Source: Nageia nagi (taxonomy: Eukaryota; Plantae; Pinophyta). From it: a stretch of DNA of 64,000 nucleotides. The first letter of the stretch is position 1. Every line of letters starts with the position of its first letter. The stretch lies in assembly GCA_050084985.1 (NCBI GenBank), contig JBITNC010000002.1:38874001-38938000 (forward strand). Reading direction: 5' to 3'. The position numbers and the translations under genes are program-made. The notes below the pieces were generated by a model. The model worked only from the letters and a program-made list of their open reading frames with translations, ran no database searches and was not told the DNA's origin. Below are positions 28,454 to 41,760 of this stretch, piece by piece.

Positions 28454-28892
28454 TGGTGTACCTTACAGAGGCCATAACTTTTGATTTGGATATCATTTGG
28501 AGACTATTTATTTCTTATATCATACAAAATTTAAAAATATATAAGATTCTAACATCTCCTATTAGAGATAACTTTGAGGCCTAAAATGCTTATCGTATAG
28601 ATTGAATTTTGCTTTTACTATTAGTTCTATTTTTAGAATAGTTGCATGTATTAAGTAAAGGATGCATGGTTCCATTTTGGGCCTCATCTTAGCTATATTT
28701 TAGGCTTTCTTAAAATTATAAAGGAGGGAAAGAGATGCTTTACAAAAGCGGATTGTAATCCTTTTAAGAGATCAATGTAGATTTAGAAGAATAAAGATTC
28801 CTTATTGTGAATTTTATTCTTCCATTGATTTACTTTTGTATTGTGAATCAATTTTGGAGATCTATTTTGGTCTCTTTTAGGAATCTACATCA
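28454..28892 (+). repeat. 3' LTR of the CRM-type Gypsy
   Basis: TGGTGTACC...CTACATCA, preceded by a purine tract. Confidence 0.92.
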
Positions 28893-29868
28893 TAATTGGG
28901 TGAGTACAAGAAGTTCGATCCACTTTAAAGCTTTGAAAAAGTGGAAGTGTTTTCCTTGATTTTCAAGTTTGGACATGATTGATATCAAAATTTGAAGCAC
29001 TTAGACATGGAATCATGGAAAAGGTCACTACAATGAAAATGTAGTTCTTAGAGTCTAGTTTTCAAATATATAATTTATTCCAATACCTAGACCATGGAAT
29101 TTAAAATTTGATAGGATGACCAAAAACCACTTATAGAAAAAAAATTGGAAATACCATGCATTTGTTCATCATGCATAGTTTGACAAAAATCATGGTATTT
29201 TTTAGGATATTGAAGATTTTCCTATATAGATTTCCATAATTGTTTCATGAATATCTTTTTATTAATTTTTTACTGGTCATGTTTGTTATTTTGTAAAGTG
29301 CTCGTATTCATCACACATAATTTGACCTAAACTTAATCTTTTTTCAATTTTTTAATCTTGTTAAGAATCTTTTAAATTTGTATCTATATAAGTATTTTTA
29401 TGACTCTTAAAAATATAAAATTATTAAGAAAATAAGATACTATCATATATCAAGTATATGGACCACTAATACTAAAAAATAATTAAAATTACAAAATCTT
29501 ATCCAATTGTAAAAAAATTACATATTTGAATTCTACACTCTTTAATCTATAATGGGCTTTAATTTCATGAAAAATTATACCAGAAACTCCAACAAACACA
29601 AGATTGAATTTGATATTGTTTATTAACATTGCCATGAACACATACTTGTAGGTCTAAGGCTAAGTACTAGAACACCAAGCCATATTTGAGCCTAAAATCG
29701 AGGAAAAATCAAAGATTCAAGTATCATGATGTTTAAAGCTAAGAAAAAAGCATGCCTTTTAGTTTTAAATATTGGCAGAAACCTAAATTAGGATCCTAAT
29801 TTTTAAATTTGCCAATTTTCCCCCACTTCTCCTTCAAGTGGACTCAACTTCTTGCTTTCACCTAATTG
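28893..29868 (-). mobile_element. TIR element (MITE-like), copy C, long subfamily
   Basis: TIRs TAATTGGGTGAGTACAAGAAGTTCGATCCACTT (28893-28925) and AAGTGGACTCAACTTCTTGCTTTCACCTAATTG (29836-29868) match at ~25/33 positions. The body is collinear with copy B. Confidence 0.78.
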
Positions 29869-32840
29869 TGATAATAATGATAATAGACATGTATACAAAA
29901 TATGAGAGTATTCAGAACATAACAATTTTCTTTAAGAAAATGCATTATAAATGAATAATTTCATAAATTGCAATAATTGTAAGATATGCAAGGAATGATT
30001 GTAGGAAGAAATATATCAATCTATTTGAAGAAATAGAATACTTAGGCATGATTTTAGACAATATCATAGTTATTAGTATTTTATTTGCATGCAACCATAC
30101 AAGTCTAGTGAAAGAAGGTTATCAATACCTAAAATCCATAAATAATTGTTATTATATTACATCTATATTTGAATACATATATGTGTGGTTGACTTTATTG
30201 TTCATCCTAGGTATGTAGATGAAGCAAGCAATAAAACCTAAACCTTATCCTCATCAATATATATAGATATTTAATATCATTATAGTGGTACATAATTGTA
30301 TTTATACCTATAAAAATAAGGCAAAGTATTGGATACTAGTTCTATTTGAATGAATGCACTTCTCTTAACTTACAAGCAACCTACATCCCTCCTATTATCC
30401 AAATATTTATTTATATTATAAGGAATGACAACTTAAATTTCTATATGCGATGGGAGATATGACATGAGATATAAGAAAGAATAATTAGAGAAATAACAAG
30501 ATGCATTTAAAAAATATAAAGGATCTATTTATGAATGTGACCCTTATCCTTCCTACATAACTTTACTTAGCATTCAAAATCTCCATGTAATTTTTCCTAC
30601 CTCCATGAAATTATGCATGGTACATTTCATCAAATTTGATCCCATTGTTACCTATAGGTATTCATAGCATAATATACAAAGTTCCTCTCAAACCTCCAAA
30701 TATTTTAAATTTCCATATAGAATGTATATAATCATGTAACCAACATCCTCATACTCTTAAGTGAATCTTAAGATCCAATACAAATGTTCCTAAATTTCTT
30801 ACATGATTTGTTTTTATCTTTATTTATATAACCCTCTTAGGTTTATGAGGATGGTTTTAAATGGTCATAAAAAATTATAATATATTATGTTTATTTTAAA
30901 CCATCAAACAAGAAAATTATCATTTTTTATACAATGTAGATATTATAATGATGGGTATTAATACTACTTGATCTTATAGGATAAGTGAAAAGAAATATGA
31001 GGAGTATGATATAGAGTAAATACAAATTAGATAATAAAAACTATTTAAATCCAATTTACGTAATTAGTTTATAATTAGATATATAATGCTAAAAGCTTAT
31101 GATTCAAAGTTACACATGAATAATAGTGTAGTGTTGAGTTATAAGAGGGGCCATAAATATATGGAGTAATATAGCTTGATAGTTATAAATCATCACTATT
31201 CATAATTATCTTAAAGTTGTAGGTCTGTATCTTTAGAAGAGGAATGCTATGTAAGAATTTGTAGGTTTGTTAACCTTCAACTATTGAAAACAATCTTATA
31301 TACTATAAAATTCTAATACCAAATTTTTCTAAAGGACTTGAAGAAGTCTCACACTAGTTAGAGTATTATAAAATAGTGTGCCCTAAATATGCAAAGATTC
31401 TTCTAAATCTACATTGAAGTTTAGTGAAGCTTTGATACCAAATGAAGAATTTGGGGTTCTTAAACTATAGGTACAAATTTTTAAGGGTTTAGATTTTCTC
31501 TATCACCATAAAGTATAAATCATAAATATATTAATGTTTATTTATCTTTGTATAGAACTCATCAATACCTTTCTAATGAGCACTCACATGCTGAAAAATA
31601 ATTCTAAATCTCAAGGAATCTCAATTTAAAGATTCATCATTTTTATAGTCACTAAAGTTAAGGAGAGGATGAACCTAAAGGATTCCACATAGTGAATAGG
31701 TTTAAATAAAGATTAGATTCCCCTAAAATATAATTTTGATGAAAATTTTTGGGGTCCTAGATTGGTAAAGCAAAAGATTTGATTCAGGTTCCTAGAATTG
31801 CAAAGTGTATAAAGTTTTCCTCTACACTTGGAGTCATGAAAAGACTAGAAAATAAGGCTCAAGAAAAGATTGGGTGGAGAAGTTATATATAAGAAAATAG
31901 TTATGTGTTGTATATCATGTAAAATTTAATGAAAGGTTTTATATATTGGTATAAGCACTAGAGTAATTAGAGTTGACTTTATAGGGAAAATCTTTTCCAA
32001 AAGAAAACTAGTCATGAATTGAGAAAAAAATATAGATATGAAAATGCAAATCTAAAAATGAATTTGAAATGTTTAGTTGGACATAAAGGGAGTTATGTTA
32101 TATATTATTCAAAAGGTATTGAAAATATATTCATAATTATGTACAAAATAGACTTAAAGGTTTACTAGGATAAGACTTACAACCCTTAATAGAAAATTGG
32201 TATATAATAAGGTAATTTGAAAGAACCAAAATATATTCATAATGAATACTTTAAATACAAATATATAGAATACATACTAAGTAAAAAATTTAAAAAATAT
32301 AAAAGTATTACCTTTCTATCGATCCAAATAAAATCTCCAAATAGATGTGTCATGGACCACCTCATGAGACCAAAATCTTGAAATAATCAAGACTATATGT
32401 GTGTGATGTATGCTTTGGTATAACTATGTTTGAATAGTAGTTAGTAATAATATCATGATTAGATTTGATGATTTAAATTTATCATATTTAAATGTTGTAG
32501 TTATATTCATATTATCAATGATTACATAAGTATTGTTGACGGATCTTATTTTATAAGGGAAAGGGGCTTCGATGATCACCTTTAGAGATGAGAGTACACA
32601 TCATGATCAAATTATTAATTAGATGGTAAATTTTGTATCATTATCTCTTTGTATTTATCTCTCATTATCTAATGTAAATTTCTCATTTTGCATCATCATA
32701 ATCCTTCATAAAAAATTATATCATTCTCCTCATTTAATTAAAATAAGCAAAAGTCAACATCAAATATTGAATGACATTAGATATTGTTAGAGTTTACAAA
32801 ATTAAAAATTATATAATCTTATGCTACCTAGAAAAAATAA

Positions 32841-32854
32841 TGCGCGCGCGCACG

Positions 32855-32937
<83 letters not shown>

Positions 32938-32953
32938 CTATATATATATATAT
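32841..32953. repeat. Compound microsatellite (GC)n(AC)n(AT)n
   Basis: Directly visible. Confidence 0.97.
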
Positions 32954-35493
32954 GTAAGAAAATAATAGAATGAATACTACACATATATTTATATGAAGTT
33001 TAAATAAAAAGCTATAAAACTAGAATACGTCAACATATTATCCTTATCATTCCTATGTGATTTCACCAATGCATTAAACATTAAATAAAATATAATGCTA
33101 CCAACACCTTTAAATGGGGAAGAATAATAAAAATAAAAATACCTAACTCACCATTTATGTACAACATGGATTAAGGAAATGTAAAACATTATGTAGGAGC
33201 TTGGTGAATAATAATAGAATCCATTTGATAATCTTTACATTTGGCACACGATATATATATATTTAAGATTGACAAATGTTAATAATATTATTAGGGATTA
33301 TTTACCCAAGGAAAGGTAAATTATATTAATGTTCATTGGAAATCAACTGATATAAGTGATGAATAATTGTAGTAAGTTATTACATACAATGTATATCTCT
33401 TACTAAGAATCAAGACACAAATCATAGTAAGATCACAAGAAGACTATGACCAAATCAACAAACAACTATAACACATAATAATGCAATTTATAGAAGCACA
33501 ACTAGGGTATATGCCTTCACCTAATCCATCCTTTTATTGTATTCTATGAAACATAAAAAAATAGGAATATTATCCATAAGGATGTTGAAATAATGTTTGA
33601 GAAATCATATTAGCAATTTTAGGGTTTTAGAATGCCCATAATATCTTGTAGATTTGTCTTCATTTGTGAAAAGGTTTTCATGGTTTCCTATTGATAAGGG
33701 TGTATTAATGATAAATTATTTTATCTGGAAGGTTATTAGTTATAAATGTGAGCAAATATCTCTAGCAAAAGGAAAGAAGGTCATAGGGAAAGGTAGTGTG
33801 CCTATTACTCTTAACGTTTAGTCTTTTGGCTCACTTATTTCAGAGTAAGTCAAGCTCTCTCCTTCCTTGAGTATGAATTTGTATGATATCATTTAGTGAG
33901 TATATTTTTTGTTGTATCATGATTTCTTTATCTCAAAATATTTATGATTATGGAATGGTTGTGCTATAGGCACTTTGTTTCCTTAGATAATAATGTTTAT
34001 TATCATGTATTCCCTTTCCCCTACTATTATTATGAGTTATATGGTGGTGAAGTAGAATTGATGGTTTACATTTTCTTATAATAATCTTAGGCTTGTGTTG
34101 ATATTTATATAATAGAATAATTGAGAATGAACCTAAGGCTAAATTCCCTTTCAAGTTAATTGATATTTATTTTGTTACTCTATAACACTCATGGCCTACA
34201 CCTTCACTCTAGGAAGAATCAATTAGCTCTTACTTTAGTTATCTAAACCACCCATAATGGCACTTGCTAGCCATACACCAACACCATGGAGTAGCTAATA
34301 TATTAAGCTACACTTACTTCACTTGGATGGAAGCCTATATCTCTCTTTTAGACACATACTTAAATAAGACAAAAATAATGTGGGATATGGAATTGGACTT
34401 TTACACCTAAGAATTACAATAGATGATGCATTATATAAAAATTATTTTAATGATTCCCTTATGCATCTAATATCCTTTATATAATTGTGCATTACATAAT
34501 TATCTTATTAATGTTGTTTAAATCATACATAATCATCAATTTTCAAGCATACAAGTATCACTTATGATTGAAAATCAAAATGGGAATTTAATTGATCACA
34601 CAGTCACTATTATTGGATATCTTCTTATTGGTATATGTTATTGAACTATATACTGACTAACTCATTCTCATAAATTATTATGCTTTTTAATATAAAGAAT
34701 TGCATTTCATTATTGTTATTGCACACCTATAGTATATTAACTTCAATTCTTGGGATTAACTTCCTTTGCACTTGTATCATATTAGTGAGACCATTTAAAT
34801 AAGAAATTATTATTCTTATTTTGCACCTATGTTCAAAATCATGGGAATGCCTTGCATTAAGGATCCATGACTATCATATTGCACCTTTAGCTTATTAAAA
34901 TCTCAACTTATGTACTACATTTCCTTCGATACTTACGATTGTTCTTTTGTACTTGTATCTTATTAAAATTCAAACTCATAAGGACTATATTCCATTGAAA
35001 TATTGTTATGTCACTATGCACCTATATCATAATGATATTGATATTTTTTGGATTCCACCTCATTAGGGATTTTAAAGATCAACTATTGTTATTATCCTTT
35101 CATGAGGCCACATTCTAATGAAGTAGTGTGATAAAAGTAATTGGTTATTATTTTATACTCATATGCTTGCATTTCATTTATAAACACTTGCTACCTAGAA
35201 TTTTTATTTACACACAAATTAAGTGCCTATATGAAGATATGGTAATTACTTCATTTACTATAATTATTTAGTATTTGTATTAAATTTATTATTTGAAAAT
35301 GCCTACATGATTTGAGTATGAGAAGTGTGCAAAGATGAGTACATCATTTACATAAATGAAATTGCCTTAGAATATGATTAAACATAACCATGTCATATAT
35401 CATCATTACTTCACTTTGGATTATACAAAACATAGGATGTTGGTATTATTTAAAGTACATCATCATGAAATAATCCTTTATTGCATATCATTT

Positions 35494-38400
35494 TGGAGAT
35501 TTTGAAAATAAATAAACAATAATGTGTATAGCCAGAACATGGTGAGGCTAACCATAGGCAAAATAAATAGTGAGATAAATTGGAAAGTAAATTATATTTT
35601 ATTTTAGAGGAATGAAAAATATTACATAGCTCTCTTAGAGCTGAACAATGCATACACTACACTTGTTCTCCTTCACTTCATCAACCATAGTTTATACATA
35701 TGCATTCTATATTATATGCCTACTACTTGGTCAAAACTAAAACTAAATGTAGCATTGATCTATGCATGCAATATTTTGTTCATTCTATAGAAGGCCATAC
35801 CCTTTTTATCTGTATGACATTGAATGTTGCAAAAGGTAAATGAAGCCCATACCATTTATGTATGTACAACATCTAAAAAATATTAAATGGTTGAAGGTTG
35901 ATCAACCATTTTTTACAAAACATTAATAATAATGTTCATAAGTTCATGTTAGCAGCTGAGCACTTAATTCTAGGGTAGAAAGATCTTTCTGAAGTGAAAT
36001 CCATTAAACTAAGGTTTTTGAAGTGTTAATCTAGGTTTTGGTGCAAGAGGGACATCATAGCATAACAATACATTGGGTTTGGGGTGTAAAATGGTGAAGT
36101 TTCTCACCCAAAATGATGGTTATTAATAATACCCATAGTCCAAATTCAAAATAACTCTCAAAGATAGATCCTAAAGGTTAGTAGTGCCTAGAGATTACTA
36201 GATCCCAGAGCTAGTCAGTGAGTCTCAAAGTTAAGGAGGTAAGGCTAGTGGACACTGAGTCCTAAAGCCTAAGAGGTAAAACATGGAGGGGAATAGCTCT
36301 CAGATGTTAGTAGCACCTAGGGTGGAGAAAGAGAGCATAATGCCTATATGTCAAGAGGTAATTCTTATGGTCTCTAATTTCCAAAGCACGGGAAGTAAAT
36401 AATGCCCATAAGAAGGAAATACCCAAAAATGCTAGTTAGAGCCCAAATCATGTTTGTAACACCTAGACTATAATGATAGTGCCTAGAGCATAGCAAAATG
36501 AAGATTAATTATTTTCATTCACCTCCTTAATCTCCATGATAAAAAGAAATCATTTTCTCTATTGGCCAAAAAACACAAAGATAAAGAAAACAAAGTTAAA
36601 TACATATGCAATATATAAAAAGTCCAACTAATGGCTTGTCTTATTCAAGGTACACCAACATTCACCCCCTTAATGTCTAATATTTGGACTCCAAGTTGGC
36701 TCTGAAGGTAGCAAAAATGATCCCTAGGTAGTGTCTTTGTAAAGATGTCTACAATTTGAGTATTAGTAGGACAATGATGAAATTGGATAAAGCCATATTT
36801 AATAAAATATCTCATAAAGTGATGGCATATATCAATTTGCTTTTTCATACTATGAAACATGGGGTTCTTGGTCATGGAAATCATGTTGATATTATTATAA
36901 TGTACTAAAATAGGGAGCTCAATATCCATGCCCAAATCTTCAAATAGATAGGCAAGGTAAATGGCTTGTCTATAAGTGGTGGAGGTAATAATATATTCAA
37001 AATTTGTTGATGAAAGTGTAATAGTGGGTTGCTTCTTGTTGCTTCATGAGACTAAGTATTCTCTAAAGAAGAATCCATACCCTAATGTGCTCCTTCAATC
37101 ATGAAGACATTTGACCCAATCAACATCTATATAGGCCTATAACATTGCTTGATATGATAATTTATACTAGATCCCATAGTGGCATGTGCCACTCACATAG
37201 CACATGATCCCTTTGGATACAATCCAATCCATCTAATGTGGTGAGTGCATAAATTAGGCTACTTTATTGATAGCAAATATGATGTTCATCCTAGTAGCAA
37301 TGAGATACATAAGACTACCTATCAAGGACTAGTACATAGTGGCATCAACATATGGAGAGGAGTCTTCCTCCAACATCTTAGCTCCAACAATGATCGATGT
37401 ATCAATAGGCTTGCAATTTTACATCTTAAAGTGGGCCAATAGGTGTTCCACATATTTAGATTGAGTGATCAAAATGCCACTGGAGGATTGCTTGACTCAA
37501 AGGATAAGAAAATATTTCATCTCTCTAAGATCACTCATCTCAAATTCACTAATCATAGCATTCTTAAATTGATCTATCATAGCATCAAAGGTGCTAATAA
37601 AAATAATATCATCAACATACAAGCACAAAATAAAGAATTTGTTACCCTCAAATTTTGTATATAATGTACTTTGCGTTGAGCATCTTTGATAACTATTTTT
37701 CTAATGGTACCCATCAATCTAGGTGTACAATGTTCAAGGTGATTGCTTAAGGTCATAAAAGCCTTTTTTAGTTTATACACCTTATCTTATTGATTAGAAT
37801 AATAAATCCTTTAGTATGCTTAACATAAACAACCTCCAAATATCCATTAAGGAGGGTAGATTTGACATCCGTCTAATAGATTATCAATCTAAAATAAGAG
37901 TCAAGTGCAAGAAAGTACTGATAGTCTCTAGTCAAGTCATTGGTGCAAAAGTCTCATCATAATCTAGCCCTTCCTTCTAAGCATATCCTTTAGCAACTAG
38001 ATGGACTTTATGCTTTGCAATACTCCCATCAAGATTATACTTCAATTTGTAAATCCACTTGACACCAAGTACTTTCTTATCTTTTGGAGAAGGCACAAGC
38101 TCTTAGATGTCATTCTTTTGGATTTTCTCAATCTCATCCTCCATGGATTTATTCCAATACTCATTAGTAACAACTTTAGTATATGAGGAAGGCTCAATGA
38201 ATGAAGCAATTAATGCATAAGAGATATTTACCTCTTAATTTCTAGCTCTGATTTATGACCTAGTCATTCTTTTATTGAGATCTTTATCTAGCATTAATGA
38301 TGGAGGATGATAGTAGTTACTTGTCCACTTATTTTTGGCTAGTGGAATATGAGCAATAGACAACTAGTTTGGTTGTGCCTACTATGGTGAGCAAGTAGCT

Positions 38401-41400
38401 AGTGAAGATGGTGATGAAAGTTGAGTAGGAGATGCAGTAGTATGAGGAGGTTCATAATCTTCATTAATTTGGAATTGAATAATGGTGTCTTCAACATAAT
38501 TTTCTTGATTGCTTATTCCTCCTTCTTCAAAAATCACATCTCTATTGATGTGAAGTTTTCCACTTAATGGATCATAAAAACTATAATCCTTAAATGCTTC
38601 AAAATATCCCACTAAAATTTATTTGATGGATTTCTCATCAATCTTCTTCCTATTTTCTTTTGGCACATGCACAAAATAGGTTGAGCCAAATATTCAAAGA
38701 TGAGAAATGTTTTATTGTACACCAAACCAAGCTTCATAAGGGGTGGTATCCTTTAATACTTAAGTGGGACAACTATTTAAAATACAAACAGTACTATGCA
38801 TTATGTCACCTCAAAAACTAGTGGGAAGGTTCTTTTCTTTTATCATGCATCTAGCCTTCTCAACAACTATTTGGTTTTTTTGTTTAACTACTCCATTCTA
38901 ATATGGAGTGTAGATAGTTGTATATTGCCTAACAATGCCATGCTAATGGTAGAATTTCTTAAATTAACTAGAAGTGAATTCTCCTCCTCTATCAGTTGTG
39001 AACTTCTTAATAAAATAGCTAGGTTAGTTTTCAACCAGAGTTTTAAATTTATTAAAAATCTCAAAGGAGTCATACTTGTTCTATAGTAAATAAAGCCAGC
39101 TCATCTTGATTTACCATCTTGGTTGGGAGTCTACATTGGTCCACATAATTTTGCATGCACCAGCTAAAGAGGGTACTTGACTTTGTATTGGTGCTTTGAA
39201 AACTTCACTTTGTTCAAAGACCTCACTAAGTGTATGGGAGATGGTAGGAAGGCCTCTCACCAATTTGTGCAAGCCATTTAATGAGTGAAAATTTAAATAA
39301 CCAAATCTCATATGCCATAACCAAGTAGAATCAATTGATGCTTTGAAACAACTTGTAGGTATCATCCTGAGCATATACATCCTATTCTCAATCATATGGA
39401 TGGTGGTTATAAGCTAGTTAGTAGCCTCTTTTACTATGGTGCACCATTTCCTTCTAAAGGTGGTTATATATCCCCTTATACTAAGCTGGCTAATACTTAA
39501 CATATTATACGTAAGTCCATGAACAAAGAGAGTGTTATGGATATAAAATATCTTACCAGCTTTAGACTTAGAGGCAATAGTCCCTCTACCATGGACGTTG
39601 GCACTTTTATTGTCATCAAAATTGACTTCACCTATGAAATTGCTTTCAATCTTAAGAAAGAAGGCTTTTTTTCTAATCATGTGGTTAGAGCAACAACTAT
39701 CCAGGTACCATACATATTCTTCTTCATCTTGGAAATTACTATAAGTGAGGAACATGTTGGTCTCGACCTAATCTTCAACATAGTGAGCTTTAAGCTTAGG
39801 ATTATTCTTCTAGCAATGTGATTATGTGTGACCATCTTTGTTACATAAGTTATAATGGTTGGGCATTTCATCTGGTGATCTTTCCCCAAAATGGCCTCTT
39901 CCATGACCTCTTCTACCTCTACCTTAACCATCACTTCTTCCTCTTGATGATCCACCTCTTCCATTAGAGGATGAAGAAGAAGAACTAAGAGTTAATTAAG
40001 AGGACTCTCAACCCTTCATTTTCAACTATGATTGGAAGGCTTGGTCCAAAGACTCAACTTTATCACTAATTTTACATTCATAAGTAGTTAAACTATCTTG
40101 CAACTCTGTAAGCATGTGTTTGGATAGGTCCTTTACTTCTTCAATTGTAGTGGTAATGGGATCAAACCTTTTAGGCAATCTTCAGAGCACCTTTTCAATA
40201 ATTCTAGTGTCTCCCATCCCTTCACTATGTGAATGGAGGGCATTTACAATATCTTGGATCTTGGAAAAGAAGAAACTTATATTCTCTTACTCTCTCATAT
40301 GGAGAGATTCAAACTCCTTCCTTAACAACTAGAGCTTTGCCACATGGACACTGGCTAATCCTTTATATGCGATCTCCAAGATCTCTAATGAGTCCTTAGA
40401 AGTCTTACACTTTGCAATCTTAGGGAAGATGGACACATCTATCCCATACTAGATAGTAAACAATGCCTTAACATCCTTCTTGCATTTCTCCAACACTTCT
40501 TTCTTCTCATCTGTAATCATGGCTACAAAGATGACTTCATCTAAGTTGATAAATTCCTAGAAAGAAAATGTCCACAAGTCTTGAGAGATAAGAACTATCC
40601 TCATCCGGATGCACCAATACTCATAATGGTCTCCACCAAAAATGGAAATATGTAACTATAATGAATTTCTTAGTTTGGAATCCATTTAACCCAATAAATC
40701 TCTTGCTCTAATACTAATTGAAGATTTTGAAAATAAATAAATAATAATGTGTATATCTAGAACATAGTGAGGCTAACAATATACAGAATAAATAGTGAGA
40801 TAAATTGGAGACCAAACTATATTGTATTGTAGAGGATTGAAAAATATTACATGGCTCTCTTGGAGCTCAACAACACATACACTACTCTTATTCTTCTTCA
40901 TTGCATCAATCATAATTTATGCATATGCATTATATATTATATGCTAAGATACAATATCATATGCCTACTACTTAGTCAAAACTAAAATTAAATGTAGCAT
41001 GGCTTTATGCATGCAATCTTCTACCCATTTCGTCGAAGGCCATGACCTTTCTATCTGCATGATATTGAATGTTGCACAAGGTAGAGGAAGTCCATACTAT
41101 TTTTGTCTGCATAACATTTGAAAAACATTGAATGGTTGAAGGTAGATAACTATTTTGTAAAAAATATTAATATTGATGTTCAAAAGTTCATTTTAGTGAT
41201 TGAGCACTTAATTATATGATAAAAAGACCTTTCTGAAGTGAAATCTATTAAAATGATATTTTTGGAGTGTTAATCTAGGTTATGATGCAAGAGGGACATC
41301 ATAACACAATAATACCAAGGTTTGGGGTATAAAATAGTGAGGTTTCTCACCCAAAATGGTGGGTGTTAACAATACCCATAGTTTGGAATTCAAAATAGTG

Positions 41401-41760
41401 CCTGAAGATAGATCCCAAAGGTTAGTAGTGCCAAGAGATTACTAGAGCCCAAAGCTAGTCATGAGTCTTGGAGTCTGGGAGGTAAGGCTTTCGAATACTG
41501 AGTCTTGGAGCTCAAGAAATAAAATATGGAGGGGAACAGATCCTATAGGTCATTAGTGCCTAGTGCGAATGAAGAGCGCACAATTCCTAGAGTCCAAGAG
41601 GTAAGTCTTATGGTCTGTAATTCTCAAAGCATGGAAAGTATATAATGCCCATAAGAAAGAAATACCTAGAAATGTTGAAGAAATCCCAAATCATGTTTGT
41701 AACACCTGGAGCATAGTGATAGTGCCCTGAGCACAGTGAAATGGAGATTAATTATTCTAA
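35494..41760 (-). mobile_element. Full-length decayed Ty1/Copia with ~1 kb LTRs
   Basis: LTRs 35494-36517 and 40719-41760 (~86% identical over the first ~215 nt compared) and PBS TAGTATTAGAGC at 40705-16 (-). Gag starts at 40685 (FGGDHYEYWCIRM), followed by protease WYLDSCCSNHM, LWHMRFGYLNF, RT LCLYVDDIIF and RNase H end QIVDIFTKTLP. TSD not cleanly resolved. Confidence 0.92.

Larger units (their letters stand above)
20415..28892 (+). mobile_element. Ty3/Gypsy chromovirus (CRM clade) LTR retrotransposon, non-autonomous (RT, RNase H and integrase core missing), with nested Copia
   Basis: LTRs 20415-20850 and 28454-28892 (TG...CA, ~87% identical), TSD CAATT/TAATT, PBS TAGTATCAGAG at ~20853 and PPT AAAGGAGAA before the 3' LTR. 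Coding remnants: gag (KLACMKLKGHALIWWDQL), zinc knuckle CYRYGKKGHKGFKCP, protease (CTSGGKVCNMVIDDSSFE, VWCDVIMIDACHILLGRPW), integrase tail (KERFLKGMYNKLKLKKIGP..KKINDNAYRVD) and a chromodomain. Confidence 0.92.

Noticed and set aside
32771-32984. ORFs with RARTHTHT/CVCVCV runs
   Set aside because: Translation of the microsatellite.
33583-34153. Possible solo LTR (TGTTGAAA...CCCTTTCA)
   Set aside because: LTR-like composition, but flanks AAGGA and AGTTA do not form a TSD and there is no partner in the window.
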